This document shows positions 36,223 to 50,900 of a stretch of DNA of 64,000 bases, piece by piece. Position 1 is the first letter of the stretch. The number at the start of each line of letters is the position of its first letter. Position numbers and translations under genes: made by a program. Source of the DNA: Takakia lepidozioides (Eukaryota > Plantae > Bryophyta); the NCBI GenBank assembly GCA_030704615.1, contig CM060734.1, positions 1,550,001 through 1,614,000 on the forward strand, given 5' to 3'. The notes below the pieces were generated by a model, which searched no databases, was not told the origin of the DNA, and worked only from the letters and a program-made list of their open reading frames with translations.

Positions 36223-37331
36223 GTTCTGGAATGTGATGAGGCAATAGCCAAGCGCCACAAGGCCTGTGAGGGCACCAGAGAGCAAGAGGATGTTAAGCTC
36301 AAGGTAGAGCGATGTTTCAGTGAAAACTCAGGAGAGTCAAGCCTGAGATTGAAAGATAGCCCCAAGCCTCCAGAACCTCCAAAACAAGACTACATCCATG
36401 TGCGTGCAAGAAGGGGTCAAGCCACTGACAGCCATAGCCTTGCTGAGAGGGTATTGACATCATCACGAAACTCACTCTGTAGAACCATTTCATCATACGC
36501 ACTTAGCACTAGATTCACATTATTTCAGGTATTTTATATTTTTCACATGATGTTCTAGGGGATGCTTTTGGGTAGACAGCCTTTTCCTTTCCTGCCACTA
36601 TGCTGGTCCCCTTGTCCATGTATGATGACTCTTTATGTTCCTGTATGTAACGGTTTTCCCTTATCTGGTGACAGTATCAACGTATTTGTGCAAGCTGAAC
36701 TTATTATTATTCGACATCTGTGGCTGCCAGGTTCGGAGGGAAAAAATAAGTGAACGCATGAAATTTTTGCAAGATCTTGTTCCGGGCCGCAGCAAGGTAT
36801 AGAGCGTCTTGCATTGACCTTCTTGCCATATAGTAATCAGTCCCAGCCCTGGGAAGCATTATGGCATTACAAGGCCTAAGTTGATGGCTTAGGCACAAAG
36901 GTTGTCTGTTTCTATTGTTTGTCCTTCTGTTCTTCTGTTTATCATACTGAACCAGAGATGGAGGTTTCCAGGCATGTGTGTGCTGACGCTGTCATGTAAG
37001 TGGTTACTGCTTGCAGGTTACGGGGAAGGCTGTGATGCTTGATGAGATAATCAATTATGTGCAATCTCTTCAATGTCAAGTGGAGGTAGTGTTATCTCGC
37101 TGGCTCCCTATTCAAAGCTTTGTACCGTTGCAAGTTTTTGGTCTGTGATAAGTGTGGCTTTCTTGACTAATGTAAATGCAGCTACATGTCTTCAAGTAGA
37201 CAGGCCTTGGATATATTTACTGAAGTCATTCTTACTTTGGACCCTCTAATTGTGGACAGTTTTTATTGATGAAGTTGGCAGCTGTGAATCCACAATTGGA
37301 CGTCAACTTGGATAATTTACTGAACAATGAG
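36223..37331 (+). CDS. bHLH transcription factor, subfamily XII (CIB/BEE/BPE-like), four internal exons; first and last exons not identified
   Basis: Exons 36223-36450, 36731-36796, 37017-37085 and 37260-37331 splice to [21 protein letters not shown]|[22 protein letters not shown]|[23 protein letters not shown]|[11 protein letters not shown]. Confidence 0.93.
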
Positions 37332-37779
37332 GTATGGAAGGGGTGATCAACATCATGGCCATAAAGCTCCAACTGTCTTCTTCAGCTCTTGGACAGAATC
37401 AAAGGCGTTGTTTGCAGTAGCCTTGCGGCCATAGACCCAAAGGTGGCATACAGGTGGGGAGAGGTAGGTGGGAGAGGAGCATCTAGCCTTCAAGTTTGAA
37501 ATCTCAGTTTCCAAGCTTATCAAAATGAGAAAACAAGCAAGCGGTCATAGAAACAGCCTACGCTGCCATTCACAGGAGAGCTTACATTGAAGGCTTTGAG
37601 GTGTGAGGGATCCTGGCCTAGTGAAGGCACCTTCTTCTTCGACCTATTTCAGCCTGTTTTGCCCTCTCATCAGACTCGGCCCTGACATGCATCATGTTGA
37701 AGTCTGTAAGTTAGCTCGTTGGGTGGATCTGTGGTGGTTTGGAGTGACTTTCACAAGTTACTGCCGATGTGGCAGCAGG

Positions 37780-38320
37780 AAAGTATCCAAAAACAGGTAA
37801 CAGAGATGAGGAGAAGCTTTGGAGAAGCTTTGGAGCCCAGGCCAGTCACATTCGTTTGTGTTTGCAATGCGTGTGCGATCCTGGCGCCCTGGAAAATGGG
37901 GAAGAGGTCCATGGTGGCATCATCAAAGCTGGGATTGTATCAGATGTCAATCTGACCAGTGCCGTGGTGGACATGTGTGCCAAATGCGGGTGCATGAAGG
38001 ATGCATTAAAGGGGGTGTTGGGCAGTATGGCTGAACGGAATGTGGTGTCGTAGAGCGTGATGGTGGCATGCTATAAGCGCTACAAGGGCAGCGGAGGGAG
38101 GCTTTGGAGACCTCTGAGCACATGTGCAAGATTGGCAGCCCTGGAAAATGGAGAAGAGGTCCACGGTGGCATCGTCAAAGCTGTAGAGATTGTATCAGAT
38201 GTCATTCTGAAAGCTGCCCTGGTGGACATGTATGTCAAATGTGGGTATATGAAGGATCCAAAGGGAGTGATGGGCAGCTAAGGGGCTGTGTGCAATGTGG
38301 TGTCATGGAGCATAGTGATG
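37780..38320 (+). pseudogene. PLS-class PPR protein fragment
   Basis: P..VTFVCV.NACA..GALENGEEVHG.IIKAG..SDV..SAVVDMCAKCG, present twice, with stops and frameshifts. Confidence 0.85.
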
Positions 38321-41300
38321 GCAGGACCTGCAAATATAACCTGGATTGCACATGAGGCAAAGCTCGTTAATGCTTCTACCAATTTTGTGTCTTTGTTGTT
38401 TCATTTTCTCATTGAGTACCAGTTCTGAAGTTCCCACTGGCCCATTTACTGGTTTTTTCACATGCTTGTGGAGGGCTATGTCTGGTCTATTTCCTTCCAT
38501 GTTTTGAGCAGTCCCTTATCATCCCATAAGCTCCATCAATAATGTTTTGTGGGCTGCTTGTGGAGGGCTGGTTACCTTCAGCTTGTTTCATTTGCAGTGG
38601 TCAGTCTCAGCTGCTTGTGGAGGGCTATGTCATTTTTGTTTCAGTGTGTCATTGAACAATGCCTCATCCCACAAGCTGTTATCTGGTTAGTGTGCTGCTT
38701 ATCGAGGCCTCCAATCATTGTTTGATGGGCCTTGTATAGCTTGTAGAGGTCCTGATATGTTTTGTTTCCTGTTTTCATTGGCAACAGTCTTTTTTTTTGG
38801 CTTGTGGAGGGGGCTGTTGTGGTCAATCTCACCTCAGCCCCACAGGTACACTATGGTGTGGGCTTTTTCTGGAGGTCTCTTTGTTGTTTGTTTCTTTTTT
38901 TCAGTGGCAATTTTTGTGGAGGGTTGTTTATTGTTCTTCCCCTTTTTCCAGTTGCAAAGCTGGACGTTTGTCACGCAGGCTTATGGAGGATTGTTTCATT
39001 TTTGTTTTTTGTTTTCCTACCCTGTTTTGTTTCCTGTTTTCATTGGCAATAGTGGTTTTGTGGGCTGCTTATGGAGGGGGCTATGTCATTTTGTTTCTTG
39101 TATTCCTTGGACAATGCATCACCTCATAAGCTGTTTACTGCTTTCAGGGATGTCCTACCAGGCCTCCAGGGAGTTTTGAACATGCCGTGGTAGAGCAATA
39201 TTTCTTGTTTTAGGGCTGCTTATACCAACCTTAGGTCTTTCTTGTTTTTCTGATCACTTGTATCATGGTTTCTTCAGTCCATTATCTGGTTTCGTATGTC
39301 GATTTCACATGCTTATGGAAGCCCATTGTCGTGTTTGTTATACTTATTCATTGACAAATCCCTCAAGTCATCCCATGGGACTGGTTTTTGGATGGTTGTG
39401 GAGGGCAGGTACCGCGATGGTTCATTTGCATTGACCTTGTCATGTCATCCCAAGAGGTACACGTTGGTTTTTGGTTTCTCTTGGCATATGTCATCACATG
39501 AGCTGTTTGGGCTTGTTGGTACTTATTGGGCATCTCTAACACTCTTGTAGTTGACAACATGACACTAGGTGTTTTACCACTTACCTCATACCAATGCTAC
39601 TGGCCTCAGCAGTTTTGTAGCGCATAGGAACTAGTGTGATAAGTATGGTTGGGGTGTTTGCTGAGGTGTTTATGCATGGGTAGATGGTCAACTGGAAGCC
39701 ACAGGAGCAGTGGCACAATTGATAAAATCAGACACTGCTAATCAGGGTACCTTGTTCAACACATTTCACCCTGTATTCGGCCCTGTCCTTCCAAGGCTAT
39801 TCTAGAGGAGAATCATCAATTTGCACCGCGCATATCTCTCTTACATCATCTAGGGGATTCGAACCCAGTCCGGTGGGGGAGAATGGCGGTTTTGAAGTAT
39901 TTTTTATCTGGGAACTCCAACTCTCTCCGAAGAGGGCAAGCTGGGTGTTTTTGAAACATTTTTTGGCTTTTTCTTTTATTTCCTCTTCTCTCCCGGAAGA
40001 CTCGAACTCTCCGAGGAGGAAGAGCCTGTGGGGAATTATTCTTATCTTTACTCAAAGGAGTCGTTGACTCCAAGAGATATCAGGGATACCCTAGTAGGGG
40101 GATTTTAACGAACCAGAGATCTTGGATTCTCTTACACTCGGGACGAGTGTTCCCCATTGGTCGCCATATATGTAGATGCATATATTGGTACACTTTTCTT
40201 TTCAGATCGTTTTTGATCATAAGACAAGCGGTTTCGGCATTGTATTGCCAAAACAGGTTAGTTTGTTAGTTGTCTGAAAATTGTTGGTTCTACCCTACTT
40301 GACATGGCTTGCAGGGACCTCTCATGGATGTGCACAGCTCATTGTAACATGCTGGGGCCTCGACTCGAGCTCGGACGGGCCTAAATGCTCATAAACAGGA
40401 TATTTCTGGGAGTCCTAATTCTTGGCTCCCGTAACAACAGAAAAGATTGGATACCCGAGGACCCTACCCATGAAATAGACGCACCATTTCTAACTACAAT
40501 CTAACTTGGTTCATGACTCGCTGGGACCTCTCATGGATTTCGCAGAGCTCATGATGAAATTCTTGACCTAAGAAACGATTGGATCCATTCTGAACCTCGG
40601 AGGACCATACTCTGGAACAATGTATCATTCTATCTGAAGAAGTCACAGGCCCTTCTGGGTTTTCCTGTGCCTGACGCCCTTCACTCATGTGAAGGGAACA
40701 TCAACCACTGCTCTACAACTCACCTTTTACCCCCTCATTGCTTCTGACTTTTCTCTCTCTACGAGGAATGCTGCAGCGGAGTTAGGTGAAAATGACAAAA
40801 GGTTTAAGGTTAGTATCCCCGAAGTCGTTGTGCTCCATGCAGGGAGCATCAGTATATTGCAGAATGCTTGATACAACAATTATTTTTTCTTGAGATATGC
40901 TTGAGCAGACATAGATATACTCTGTGATAAAAAAACAAATGATGATCGATAGTGTGCATTGAACAAGTGTGCATATATTAGCCAACCCATTGTTTCTATT
41001 CTTGCACCTGTGGTTCGTCACTTGGTGAAGAAGAAAAGAAACTCACAACATGTGATTAGTAACGAAGATGTATGAAGTCTTCTACTTGGCAATTGGAGTT
41101 GCAACCTAGGTATGCATGTGTTTGCTTTTTATTTTTATAAGTGGATGACAAGATAATAGGTAGTTGGGTGAGGTAAAAAAGATCACATTTTCTTCATGAT
41201 AAGAGCATATGCTGCCACACTATCAATGTAGGATTTGGGTACATTGTGTGGTTGTCAGCAGTGCAACCTCTGCAATCCCCGTCCGCCGCGGCCACTCCGC

Positions 41301-41869
41301 CGGAGGCAGTCCGCTGCCCTCCAGTCCACCCTCCAGTCCGCTATATTCTGGATCGGCACTGAATCCCTTGTAACATGCTTTGTATTGAGCCTCCCAGTAT
41401 TCTTCTCTTCGATCAATCGGTGCTTAAAGCTGCAATGGCGAACTAGCTTCAATTATTGTTCACAGCTTAGTCCTGCAAGTTCATAAAGGAACTGAAGAGA
41501 AATATAAATTCTGAATAGTGTCCGTTGCCCATGAGTCCGCTGCGCCAGTCCCCTTATCTCCAGTCCGCTGAAGGTGCAGGATCTGGACCGTCCATTCCTA
41601 AAACCCATCCGAGCCCTCCATTTAGGGCTGGGGAAATCGCATGATCCTCGCCACCCTGCCACCATCTCCCGGCCTCTCTTTTGTGAGGGCTCTTTGTTGT
41701 CCGATGTTGCGGTAGGCGTTTCCACGCACACTAGTGTTCTTCTTGTCCTCTTGTATAGGGAAATTTTATTTCAGTCATCCATGGTTCAGTCTACCGTCTG
41801 TTCTTATTCCACATTCATCGACCATTCATGGATGCGGCCCAAATTGGTATTTTCTCTTCTTTTTATTAA

Positions 41870-42876
41870 GCTTTTTGGGTTGAATTGTCATGTGAAAACA
41901 GGGCTTCGAATTAAGGTGGCGTTAAGGCCGAGCCTGTTTCCCTCTACGAACATGTCTGCTCGCTAAGGCTTTTATACCATTTTTATTCTCATTTTTTGTT
42001 TTGGGTTGAATTCTCATGTTCCAACAGGGGCTGGGAATTAAGGTGGCGTTGATGCCACCTTAATGCCGAGCTTGTTTCCCTCTACGGACATGGCTGCTCG
42101 CAACGGGTTTTTTTAATTTTAGTTTTAGTTTTTTGGTTTTTGGGTTGAATTCTCGTGTTCCAACAGGGCCTGGGAATTAAGGTGGCGTTGACGCCACCTT
42201 AATGCCGAGCTTATTTCCCTGCACAGATATGTTCGCTGAGGTTTTTTTTAATTTTCGTAAGTTTTAATTGGTTTTTGGGTTGAATTCCCATGTGCCAACA
42301 GAGGCTGGAAATAAGCTTGGGCTGGAATTAATTGGGTTTGTGGTTTCCGTTTAAGCTTTGGGGTTTGGGGTTTGGGGTTTACCATTGCGGGCTTGGGTTT
42401 TCGGCTTATGATTTGCCTTGGGGGTTTGGAATGTGGGTTGCGGGATCAGTGTTTTTTGGTTAGGGTTTCCCGTGTTTCCCCGGGTTTTGAATTTGCCTTG
42501 TTTGCCGTACAATCAATATTATTTCAATCCATCCATTCTCCATTCACCAGCCAAGATTTTCATCCCACATTCATCCACCATTCATCCCTTCACTTCTTAC
42601 ATTCATCCATGCTTCTTTCATCCGGCAGTTAATCACCGCATATTCATCCCACATTGCATGCATGGAGCACGACATCTTTGGTCCCTGGCCGCCTACGTGA
42701 ATTTCCATTCAGAAGAGTTGCGTCCTCGGCAATAGGCCCTGTATTACCTTGGTTGTAGGCTCTGCTTCCCTAATCTGCTCATGCTTACAATCTGCTCACG
42801 CTTAAGGGATTCTGCTCACGCTTAATCTACAAAGCGTGAGCGTGCTTACGTGAGCTGCTCACGCGGTAGCTACCCT
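41870..42876. repeat. Dispersed repeat, copy 2 (longer, internally repetitive)
   Basis: TTTTGGGTTGAATT..GAATTAAGGTGGCGTT units x4, then a block matching 30230-30885. Confidence 0.7.
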
Positions 42877-42884
42877 TGCTGAAT

Positions 42885-43395
42885 AAGAGCGTTCGGGGTA
42901 CTGGTGGATAGGCCATTTGGTGAGTTGGATAATATTTTTGTCCAGTTGTTTGATGTCAGGTAAAGAGAAGGGGGCCGAGTGGAAGGCGTATTGGACTTGT
43001 GGTTTGAGGACTTTTTGGATGATAGCTAATTTGGAGCGGATGGAAACCGGGGATTTGAGGAGGGCTAAGCTTTTGTTGGTTAATTTAGAGAGTGTTGTGC
43101 TCTTCTATATATGCCAGGTGAGCGAGGGAACCAATTGAATACCCAGATAAGTGTAGGGTTCATCCGGGCCTAAGAAGGGAAGGGTTTTTGTTGATAGTGT
43201 ATGTGGAGCTTACAATGGGAAGCTATCGTGGATTCAGTGAACTCACTGCGGTGTGTGGCTGCAGTGACCGCGCATTTGTGAAGGCTTAAAGCTCCATACC
43301 AGACCATTGGTTGAAGCAGACAATTTGTCAACCTTGCGGTTGAGATGTTGAGGTTTGTATGCGAGAATGGCGAGGTCGTCAGCATAAGCGGGGAG
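42885..43395 (-). pseudogene. Non-LTR retrotransposon RT fragment
   Basis: AYADDLA (~43390-43370), LSLHKCAV, EPYTYLGI. Confidence 0.8.
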
Positions 43396-43544
43396 GCCCA
43401 TTGCTACGATCTACACCCTGAGTTGCGGCCAGAACTGAAACTTCTATTTCCGTGACTTGCAAAGGCTCACAAGTGACTTTGCACAGAGCCAAGGTCAGAG
43501 GGAATGACCACATTTCCAAACCGCATGTACAATACGAATAGATC

Positions 43545-45230
43545 CCGTCTTCTCCTTGTGGAACTGTCCATTTGGCCTCCACTGACTCTTCCTCCTCCTG
43601 ATTTGCATCGCTCTCTTCTGCGGAATCGCATACAAACTGTCGCACTCGTCTAGCTCTCTTGGCTGCAGCCAACTCTCTCCTTTTTCTTTTACTCTCTCTT
43701 GACCTCTCCAAAACCTGCTCTACTCTATTCGGATGTTCACAGTGTCTAATTGCAGTCCTTGCAAACCTATCTGCATAAGAAGGAAGGGCAAAGTCCTTCA
43801 TAGGGCTACGGAAAAAGCCTGGCTTGGCAAAAAAATGGGACATTATCCCTGCCAACGGAATGAGGCGCTCTTGATTTGGACGCTGAACTTGGAATCCTAC
43901 ATAATATGCACTTTCTTAGACCAATTTCTACCACAAAGGGACAGACGACGTAAATGAAGGAATGACCCAGGAGGCTTTGCAAACTTACAATGCTGGCACT
44001 CACTTGTATGAAGGGTTCTCCTCCACAGGTATGTCAACCATCTCCTCTTCCTCCTCCGAGTCATCGGCTGACTTGGCAGCCACCACCCACAGTCGTTGAA
44101 GTCCTTCCAAGTGGAAACCCCACACGCCTCTGTCATCCTCGAAGGCACGTGTGGGTCCAAAAATTGCCCAGCCCAAGTGAGGCACCTGAGACAAACGAGT
44201 TCCAGTCAGTATGCACAGATTGCTCTATACCAAGTGTACAAACCCAAACTTGAAAGAACAAAGCGGTACTACTTTGTGGTATCTGTTCCATAGGTTAGGT
44301 CGAGCACTCTGCCCTCCACCAAGCTGCATGTCTCTGTTATGGTGTGCGTGAAGGCAGGGCTCCTAGTCCGTGCATAATGGAGAGGCTTGTTCTTAACATC
44401 ACAAGGGAGGAATTCTTTGGGAACGTTGTTGTACATGACGTCGTAATCGACCGGGTTGACGTTCGAATCAACCAGCAATCCATCTCGTCGGAAATTGAAG
44501 TTCGAGCCCTCATTCACAAAATAGAAGGCATCAAACAGGAGAGTCTGGACCACATTGATTAGCAGAATCCATCACTGCATTCCAGTCCACAGTTACAAAT
44601 GCAAATCGTTTTTTTCTTCGGAGGGAATTAATTACTTGGTTGCCCTCGGAGCGAAGGCCCATTGTTGATGCAGGTCTACCTTTTTCTTCAGAACTGGGAC
44701 ATCACTCTTACGGGTCCACTTGGCAATTCATGCCTTTGTGTTCTTGCCTCCGCCTGCAAGGACCACCACACAGCCTGTGTCATCCAATACCATGCGGGAT
44801 AGCCCAAACCCTTTCTTCCAAAATTCCTCAGAATATGTGTTCCAGGAGAGCACAATATCCAGTCCTTCCAGAGGTTCTCCATCTGGAATATTCAAAATGA
44901 TCAAATCGCATGACCAGTCCGTCTATTTTCCACCCCTCATACTATTCTTCCCTTCACTTGTTGCCGCAAAGAAGTCCATGATGGCAACAAATCCCGGAGT
45001 GTCTGCAGGCTTTTGTGCGTGCTCGCCTTCCTCACAGCTTTGCCTTTCAGGCCCTCAAGAAGCTTCATGTGTGCCAACTTGGCGGCCCGGCCATCCAATG
45101 CCTTCAAAAAACTCTCGTTGGAACATTGAATCATTGTTGCTGGCTCCAATTTTGGCCTGCCCTTAAACTCCACTGGCTCGTAAGCCCCCCGATGGGTTGA
45201 AGAGTGTCTTCTTTGTTGAGCCAGTTTTGG
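43545..45230 (-). pseudogene. Diverged relic of the MTase half of the ParB-MTase gene (copy 2)
   Basis: RPKLEPATMIQCSNESFL, DLIILNIPDG, YARTRSPAFTHTITETCSLVEGRVLDLTYGT and KWTVPQGEDGI align with 4550-6230. Confidence 0.85.
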
Positions 45231-45949
45231 CAACTTTCAATAAGTACACATGAATGCATGTGAAAACGAATTCTTACATTTTGAACATAACCTCCTAGTT
45301 GGAAGTATCAGTAGTCCACCAGGAAAGCCAGCTCTCTAGCGCAGTCTAGTGTCTTCATCTCGAGCGGCATCGGAAGACGACCACCATGCAGGGATGGCCA
45401 AAAAGTGCACCTCAACTTCCGCCTCACTCTGTGCTGTTCTTCACTTCGTACAAAGCTCAATATGTGCATGTTGTAGGTTTTGGGATATGTATTTTTTTGT
45501 CCACTTATTGAGACTCTGTTCCCAATGGAATCCACATGCATGTTCTCTCATGATCGAGCATTGGTTTCCCGCCTCCATACACATGACACACAACAGCCCA
45601 ATTATCTCTTGCATCCCATGCAAACCTTGAATATGCTTCATGGATGATGGAGGATGCCATCCCCTTTGGTGTTTCTTCTTCAAGGAGAGAGGAGAGCCCT
45701 TGATCTTGCAGCACTTCCTCAGTGCCCTCCACAATCCAATGGCTTTTCTGAGCCCCTCATCATCTCGAGCGATATACATATCCTCTATCAGATCATCTCC
45801 CGAAGCACTCAACCAGTCTTCATCTCCAGATTCTGAATCTTCAAAAATATCCTCTTCATTACTCTCCTCATACTCCACATTTTCCAAGTACAAAGGAGTG
45901 GACACATTCATGATGTCTTTCTGCCCCCAACAAGATCCTGATGGGCTGC

Positions 45950-46870
45950 TCACAACAGAGCTGCTTCCATTGGCCGCATCTATTTTCCCGAAATCACATT
46001 GATTTATAGTGTGCAAGGGGAAATGAGCCACATCCTTCCTTGGGCCATAGCGAATCCTCATAGTCCCACTCTCAGTATCAACTATAGCTCCAAACTTTTT
46101 GAGGAAATCCAGCCCAAGCAACATATGATACGTGTCTATATCAACTATCATGAATGAGAAGCAATTGGTAAGTTCACCCACAGTGACTTTCAGGTCCTCA
46201 AGTCTGCCCATAGCTGTTTCCACAGCTCCCGAAGCAATACGGTAGGTCATATCTTTGTCATTAACCACTGATCCCATCAATCCCAGATCACGAACTGTGC
46301 TGGCAGCCATGACAGAAAGCATAGCCCCAATGTCCACTTGGCCCAACACTTGGTGCCCACCAATGTTGACCATCACATGTAGGGCTTTCACCTTACCAAG
46401 TATGCATAGGCAATCTCAGATCCAGCACCTTTCATAGCATTTGCCACAGGAGCAGGATTTCTTGGCTGAACTCCATGTGACTGTTTTTCTGGTGTAAAAA
46501 TATTGGTAGCTTCCTTCTGCTGATGCACAACAAACCTACCGAGAAACCTTCACCACCAAAATTGACATGATACGTGGGGACGGAATAACAGAACTCTCTA
46601 CCACCTTCACCAAACCCTTGAATTTTTCCAACTCACCAGGAGCCATTGATGTTGATGGTGAAACTGGTCACAAACATTATGAAATCCATTGGGGAGAGGG
46701 ATATCCTTCCCTTGTAAAAATGGTTAAGAATCCGAGATTTCGTATCTGAGCCTTCAACATTTCTTGGTGTCCGCGGAACAACTCTCTCACTGACTGGTGT
46801 TGCAGGACCTGCACTAACCTCCTGACCTGATATTGATCCACCAGGAGCCTCTGAATCTGGCAAAGGCATA
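45950..46870 (-). pseudogene. Retrotransposon gag-protease fragment
   Basis: VNIGGHQVLGQVDIGA..YHMLLGLDFLKKFGAIVD (degenerate aspartic protease). Confidence 0.75.
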
Positions 46871-47950
46871 GGTTTTTTGTTCCTGGGTAGCCTTACTTCG
46901 TTGACATCCCTCTCTCACATCACATGCACAAAGATGAGACCTCCAGTTTTTTCTTGGGGATTGCTGATATTCATGGGGATTCCGACGCTCCAATGTCATT
47001 TCTGACATCTTCTCCTTAAGGTGCAAACAACCATATTCGGGCTGCAGACATGAACTTTCAATATACTGACAAATGCCAGTCAAGTTAGTTAATTCATTCA
47101 CAAACCCAAGTTGTGTTAATAATATGGAGCACATGCCGACGACATAGTCCAATAGAAATGGGAGAGGCTGTCTCCACTACACGGGTGGATGGCAGTCGCA
47201 TTTTCGTGTCAACTGCCATGTGTACTTCTGGATGGATATGGGGTGCCGCACACTGACACCGAACTGGATCCACCGAGGGAGGTTAGCTATTTCATGAGCA
47301 TGAGCGGCATGAGCAGAGTAGCAAGACAATCGGTTTTCATGAGCAGAAGTACAAATTTCGAAAATAAAAAACATTATAAAACATTAATTTAATGGAATGT
47401 GTCAGAAAAAACAAATATATTATTCGGCACCTTGAAGGGGAAATTGTAGTTTTGAGAGTTGTGCTCATGATATTTCGTCTTCTGCTCATGCATATTCCCA
47501 GCGACATGTGCAAAAATGGCGCCGAATTTCGCGGTAATAGGGTCCGTAATCGGAAAGAATCGCAACGTATTTCGCGGTATTAGGTCTCTCTGGCGAAAAA
47601 TGGTGCCGAATTCCGCGGCTATAGGTCCCCTCATGACAGGGGTACATGGTGCCGGGGATTGCACAGATGTTGGGCAGTTCTGTGCCATGTAACTGGAAAT
47701 TCGGCGCCATTTTTCCAGACACAGGGGTACCAGTGCATGTTGGGACTTAGTTAGTTTTCGGCCCAAAATAGAGAAATTCGGCGCCATTTTTCCAGAAATG
47801 GCCCCACAACTGCTTCTGTTGGATCTCAGTTTGAATGGAATATTGCCTCATTCCAGTAGTTTTGGGGTGCATTTCATTACACTGCAAAAAAAAATCTGAT
47901 ACATGAAAATGCAATTGAAAATATCCATATGGAGGATTCCCTTTGCCCCA

Positions 47951-50900
47951 TCAATGATTTCTGGAATCCCTAAGGAGGAGTTTGTGCAGCTCGTTCACGC
48001 TCAACGCCGGTGCATGAATAAAGTCATCAATAGTTACGTTCATCCTCAACCTCTTCAGGTAAATGTAATACAGATGCTTGCACGGATAATACTTTGAACC
48101 CTTCTTGCTTCCATCAACGAGAAGTCCGTACAATTGCAAGTCGGCTCCACTCCAATCGTAATTGGTGTATACATCGTCGCGTACAGCCGAGCCGGCCGTT
48201 GCCATCCGATAAACACGCCCAAGGCCGGGTGGAGGTACGTCCACGGAGCTCTGAATAGTGCAAGCCATCCCAAGAGCATTGGCAATCCGAGTCTCATTCA
48301 ACTTGTTGGGAGGGTGTCGTCTCTTCACTCTCCGAATCGCATTGTGGGTTGTGCAGAATTGTCCAATCCGTCTCTACTGGACCGACCAGTCTGCAATGGC
48401 TGGGTCTGAGGAACTGGAAATGCGTGGGCCGGGACGTCTGTGCGTTGCACCATTCGAAATCCTGCTGCAGATAGAGCATCCACCTCATTCTGAGAGAGGC
48501 TGCAACCCGGTGCAACAGGCCAGACGCCCAGAGGCTCCGGCATTCCCTGAATCCCGTATTTGGGCTTGCCAAATACACAGGTCATTATGTCGTGCCTACA
48601 GAACCAAAACGTCTGCGTTATGGCGTGAGCAAATGTGGGAGTCAAAAATTGCCACTGAAACAAGGTGCAGGTACAGCACCATGTGGGTTCCTCCGAATCA
48701 TCTCACCACAGCGTGCTCTCGTATCCACCCGAATGGCGCAGCACTTCCCCCGAAATGCCGGCAATGTCCTTGCAATTCTCCACTGTGACTCCGACACTTT
48801 TTTCTCCACAATGGGTATGTTGTACTGCGTTACTACAGATGGCTTGTTATGTTCCTCGGGCACGTGCCCTGTGCTCAAAGGAGATGGCGATCTTGAACGT
48901 GCAGGACTTGCGGTGTTCGACGAGACCTCCTCGGGCAACATCACGGGACCACGAGAGAGCGTGCGAATATTCTTGTCAGCTCGCCATGAATCCTCTTCCC
49001 CGCCAGGTGCCTCGTCAAGTCTTGTCTCACTAGACGGGTATGAACATCTCCTCCAAATGTTGGCCTCCTCGAAGCAATTGCGTGTCCCGAAGGCCCTCTC
49101 GCAAGGCCGCCACCCACTTCCGAGGATTCTTTGATCTGGAGGCAGTCCGCATCAGCATTTCCTGCCTGTCCAGCCCCAAGCCCCATTGTTTCCCTTTCAA
49201 GAACTCGTTGTACCTGCATTGCTGCATAATTGACCTCACAATGTCCTCCGTTGTGGCAATGAGGATGTCCACCATGCGCCGCAAAGGAGGCACGCCAGGA
49301 AGAATGCACTGATTCGGCCATGTTTGTCGTGGGCATGTCGGTGTCGGAGTCGAGACACATTTCCTGCACAAGCACATGTTGAGGTTACAAGCAAGTTACA
49401 AATAATGCCAGAATAATATTCAACGGGACGCGAATTCGTGCAACTCACCTCCTGCATATAGTCGCCGAACTGGAGGAAACGATAATGCCACCATGCTAAC
49501 CAACTGACCATTGCTCCCTCGTCTGATTTCCTTACAGCACCTAACGATGTCCACCAAGCCCGTATACATACAAACTGTGTCTCTGCATCATCCAAGGTGG
49601 AGCGCGCTTCACGCAAGACACATGGAACGGTGCTCCTCTCTCTGAAATCTGGCGCCACGAGCCTGGTTGTGTACTGCGAAAGGCTCTGCAGAAAATGGAA
49701 CCCACAAGATCTCTCCTTGCCTTCCATGGGAACATTGGGGTCTTGCCAGTACACACCCTTCGGATGGCAGCCCAATTTGCTTTGTGTGTTGTCCGCCATG
49801 AAACCACGGAAATTGGGAGGGGGCAATCCCGCCTTGGCCATCTGTTCGTTTATTCCCTGCCAAAGAACATCTCCGATTGTGTGTCATCTCCTTTCATCTC
49901 ACAAAAAACAATTGTCATAGCATCCTGCAGTGGGTGTCGTAGACATGTGCACCCATTGTCACCCACTGGTGATTTGTAATTCGCTTGATATGGTCGAACA
50001 TGACCCAACTGTTTGACAAGTCCCCACTCGTCATCCTGTCGACCAGTTCGACGCCGCTGCCAGGTCCACACGTGGATATTTTGAATACGAAACAACGATC
50101 TGCCTCAGTCCCTTGTCCTGGAAACCTACTTCCATGATGTAGTCATATCCACATCGTCGCTTCACCTCCAGAATGGAGTGCATATCCGAGCCACGCCCAT
50201 TTTCTGTTTGCATGAGACATGTGGTTTCGGACATTCGGTGAACATACGTGGGACACCGACTTCAGCAATGCCTCCATTTCCTTCTCATCGAGAGGAACTC
50301 TATCGGAGCCGTCTTCCGACATAATTCTGGCCAAGGCCATCTTATGGGCAGCTTGGAGCTGTATCTGTTTGGGTTTGGCACCCGGTCTCAACTTAATCTC
50401 CTCCTGAACGAGCTGCTCTGCATCGTGGGCAGCCTCCCGCGAGTTCCCCCTCGCCATTTGTGACAATGGGAACCAACGTGTATGCAAGCTCGGGTGAGGT
50501 CAGGGAACGGTGCAACACATAGAACTGTTTGGCATTACAAACAAACATGCAGTGTTGGTGGTTCTTTGCAATGCGCACACTTAAATGTGGAGTTCGGAAC
50601 CTTCTCCTGAGCACGAAATGGTTGATGAGCTGTGCTGTCCAATCGGTCTCGTTCCTGTGACCTTGGATTTAAAGTGGAAGCAAGTTGGGGAGAAACACCG
50701 CAAACGCACCCGCACAAACAACGTAGCGCACCCGCACACAATCGAGCATCTTCATGCTGGTGGTTTGGTGACGCACCAAGGATGACCATCATGTTTTCTA
50801 TCCATATCTGTCAACATTCCGGACGCCCTCGAGTAGTCCGTCCGAGGAGGAAACTCAAAGAAGATATTACCGTCGACGTCTGCGGGAAGGCATGTAACCG

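Noticed and set aside
39845-39890. B-box-like GGTTCGAATCCC on the minus strand
   Set aside because: No matching A box or cloverleaf; not called as a tRNA.
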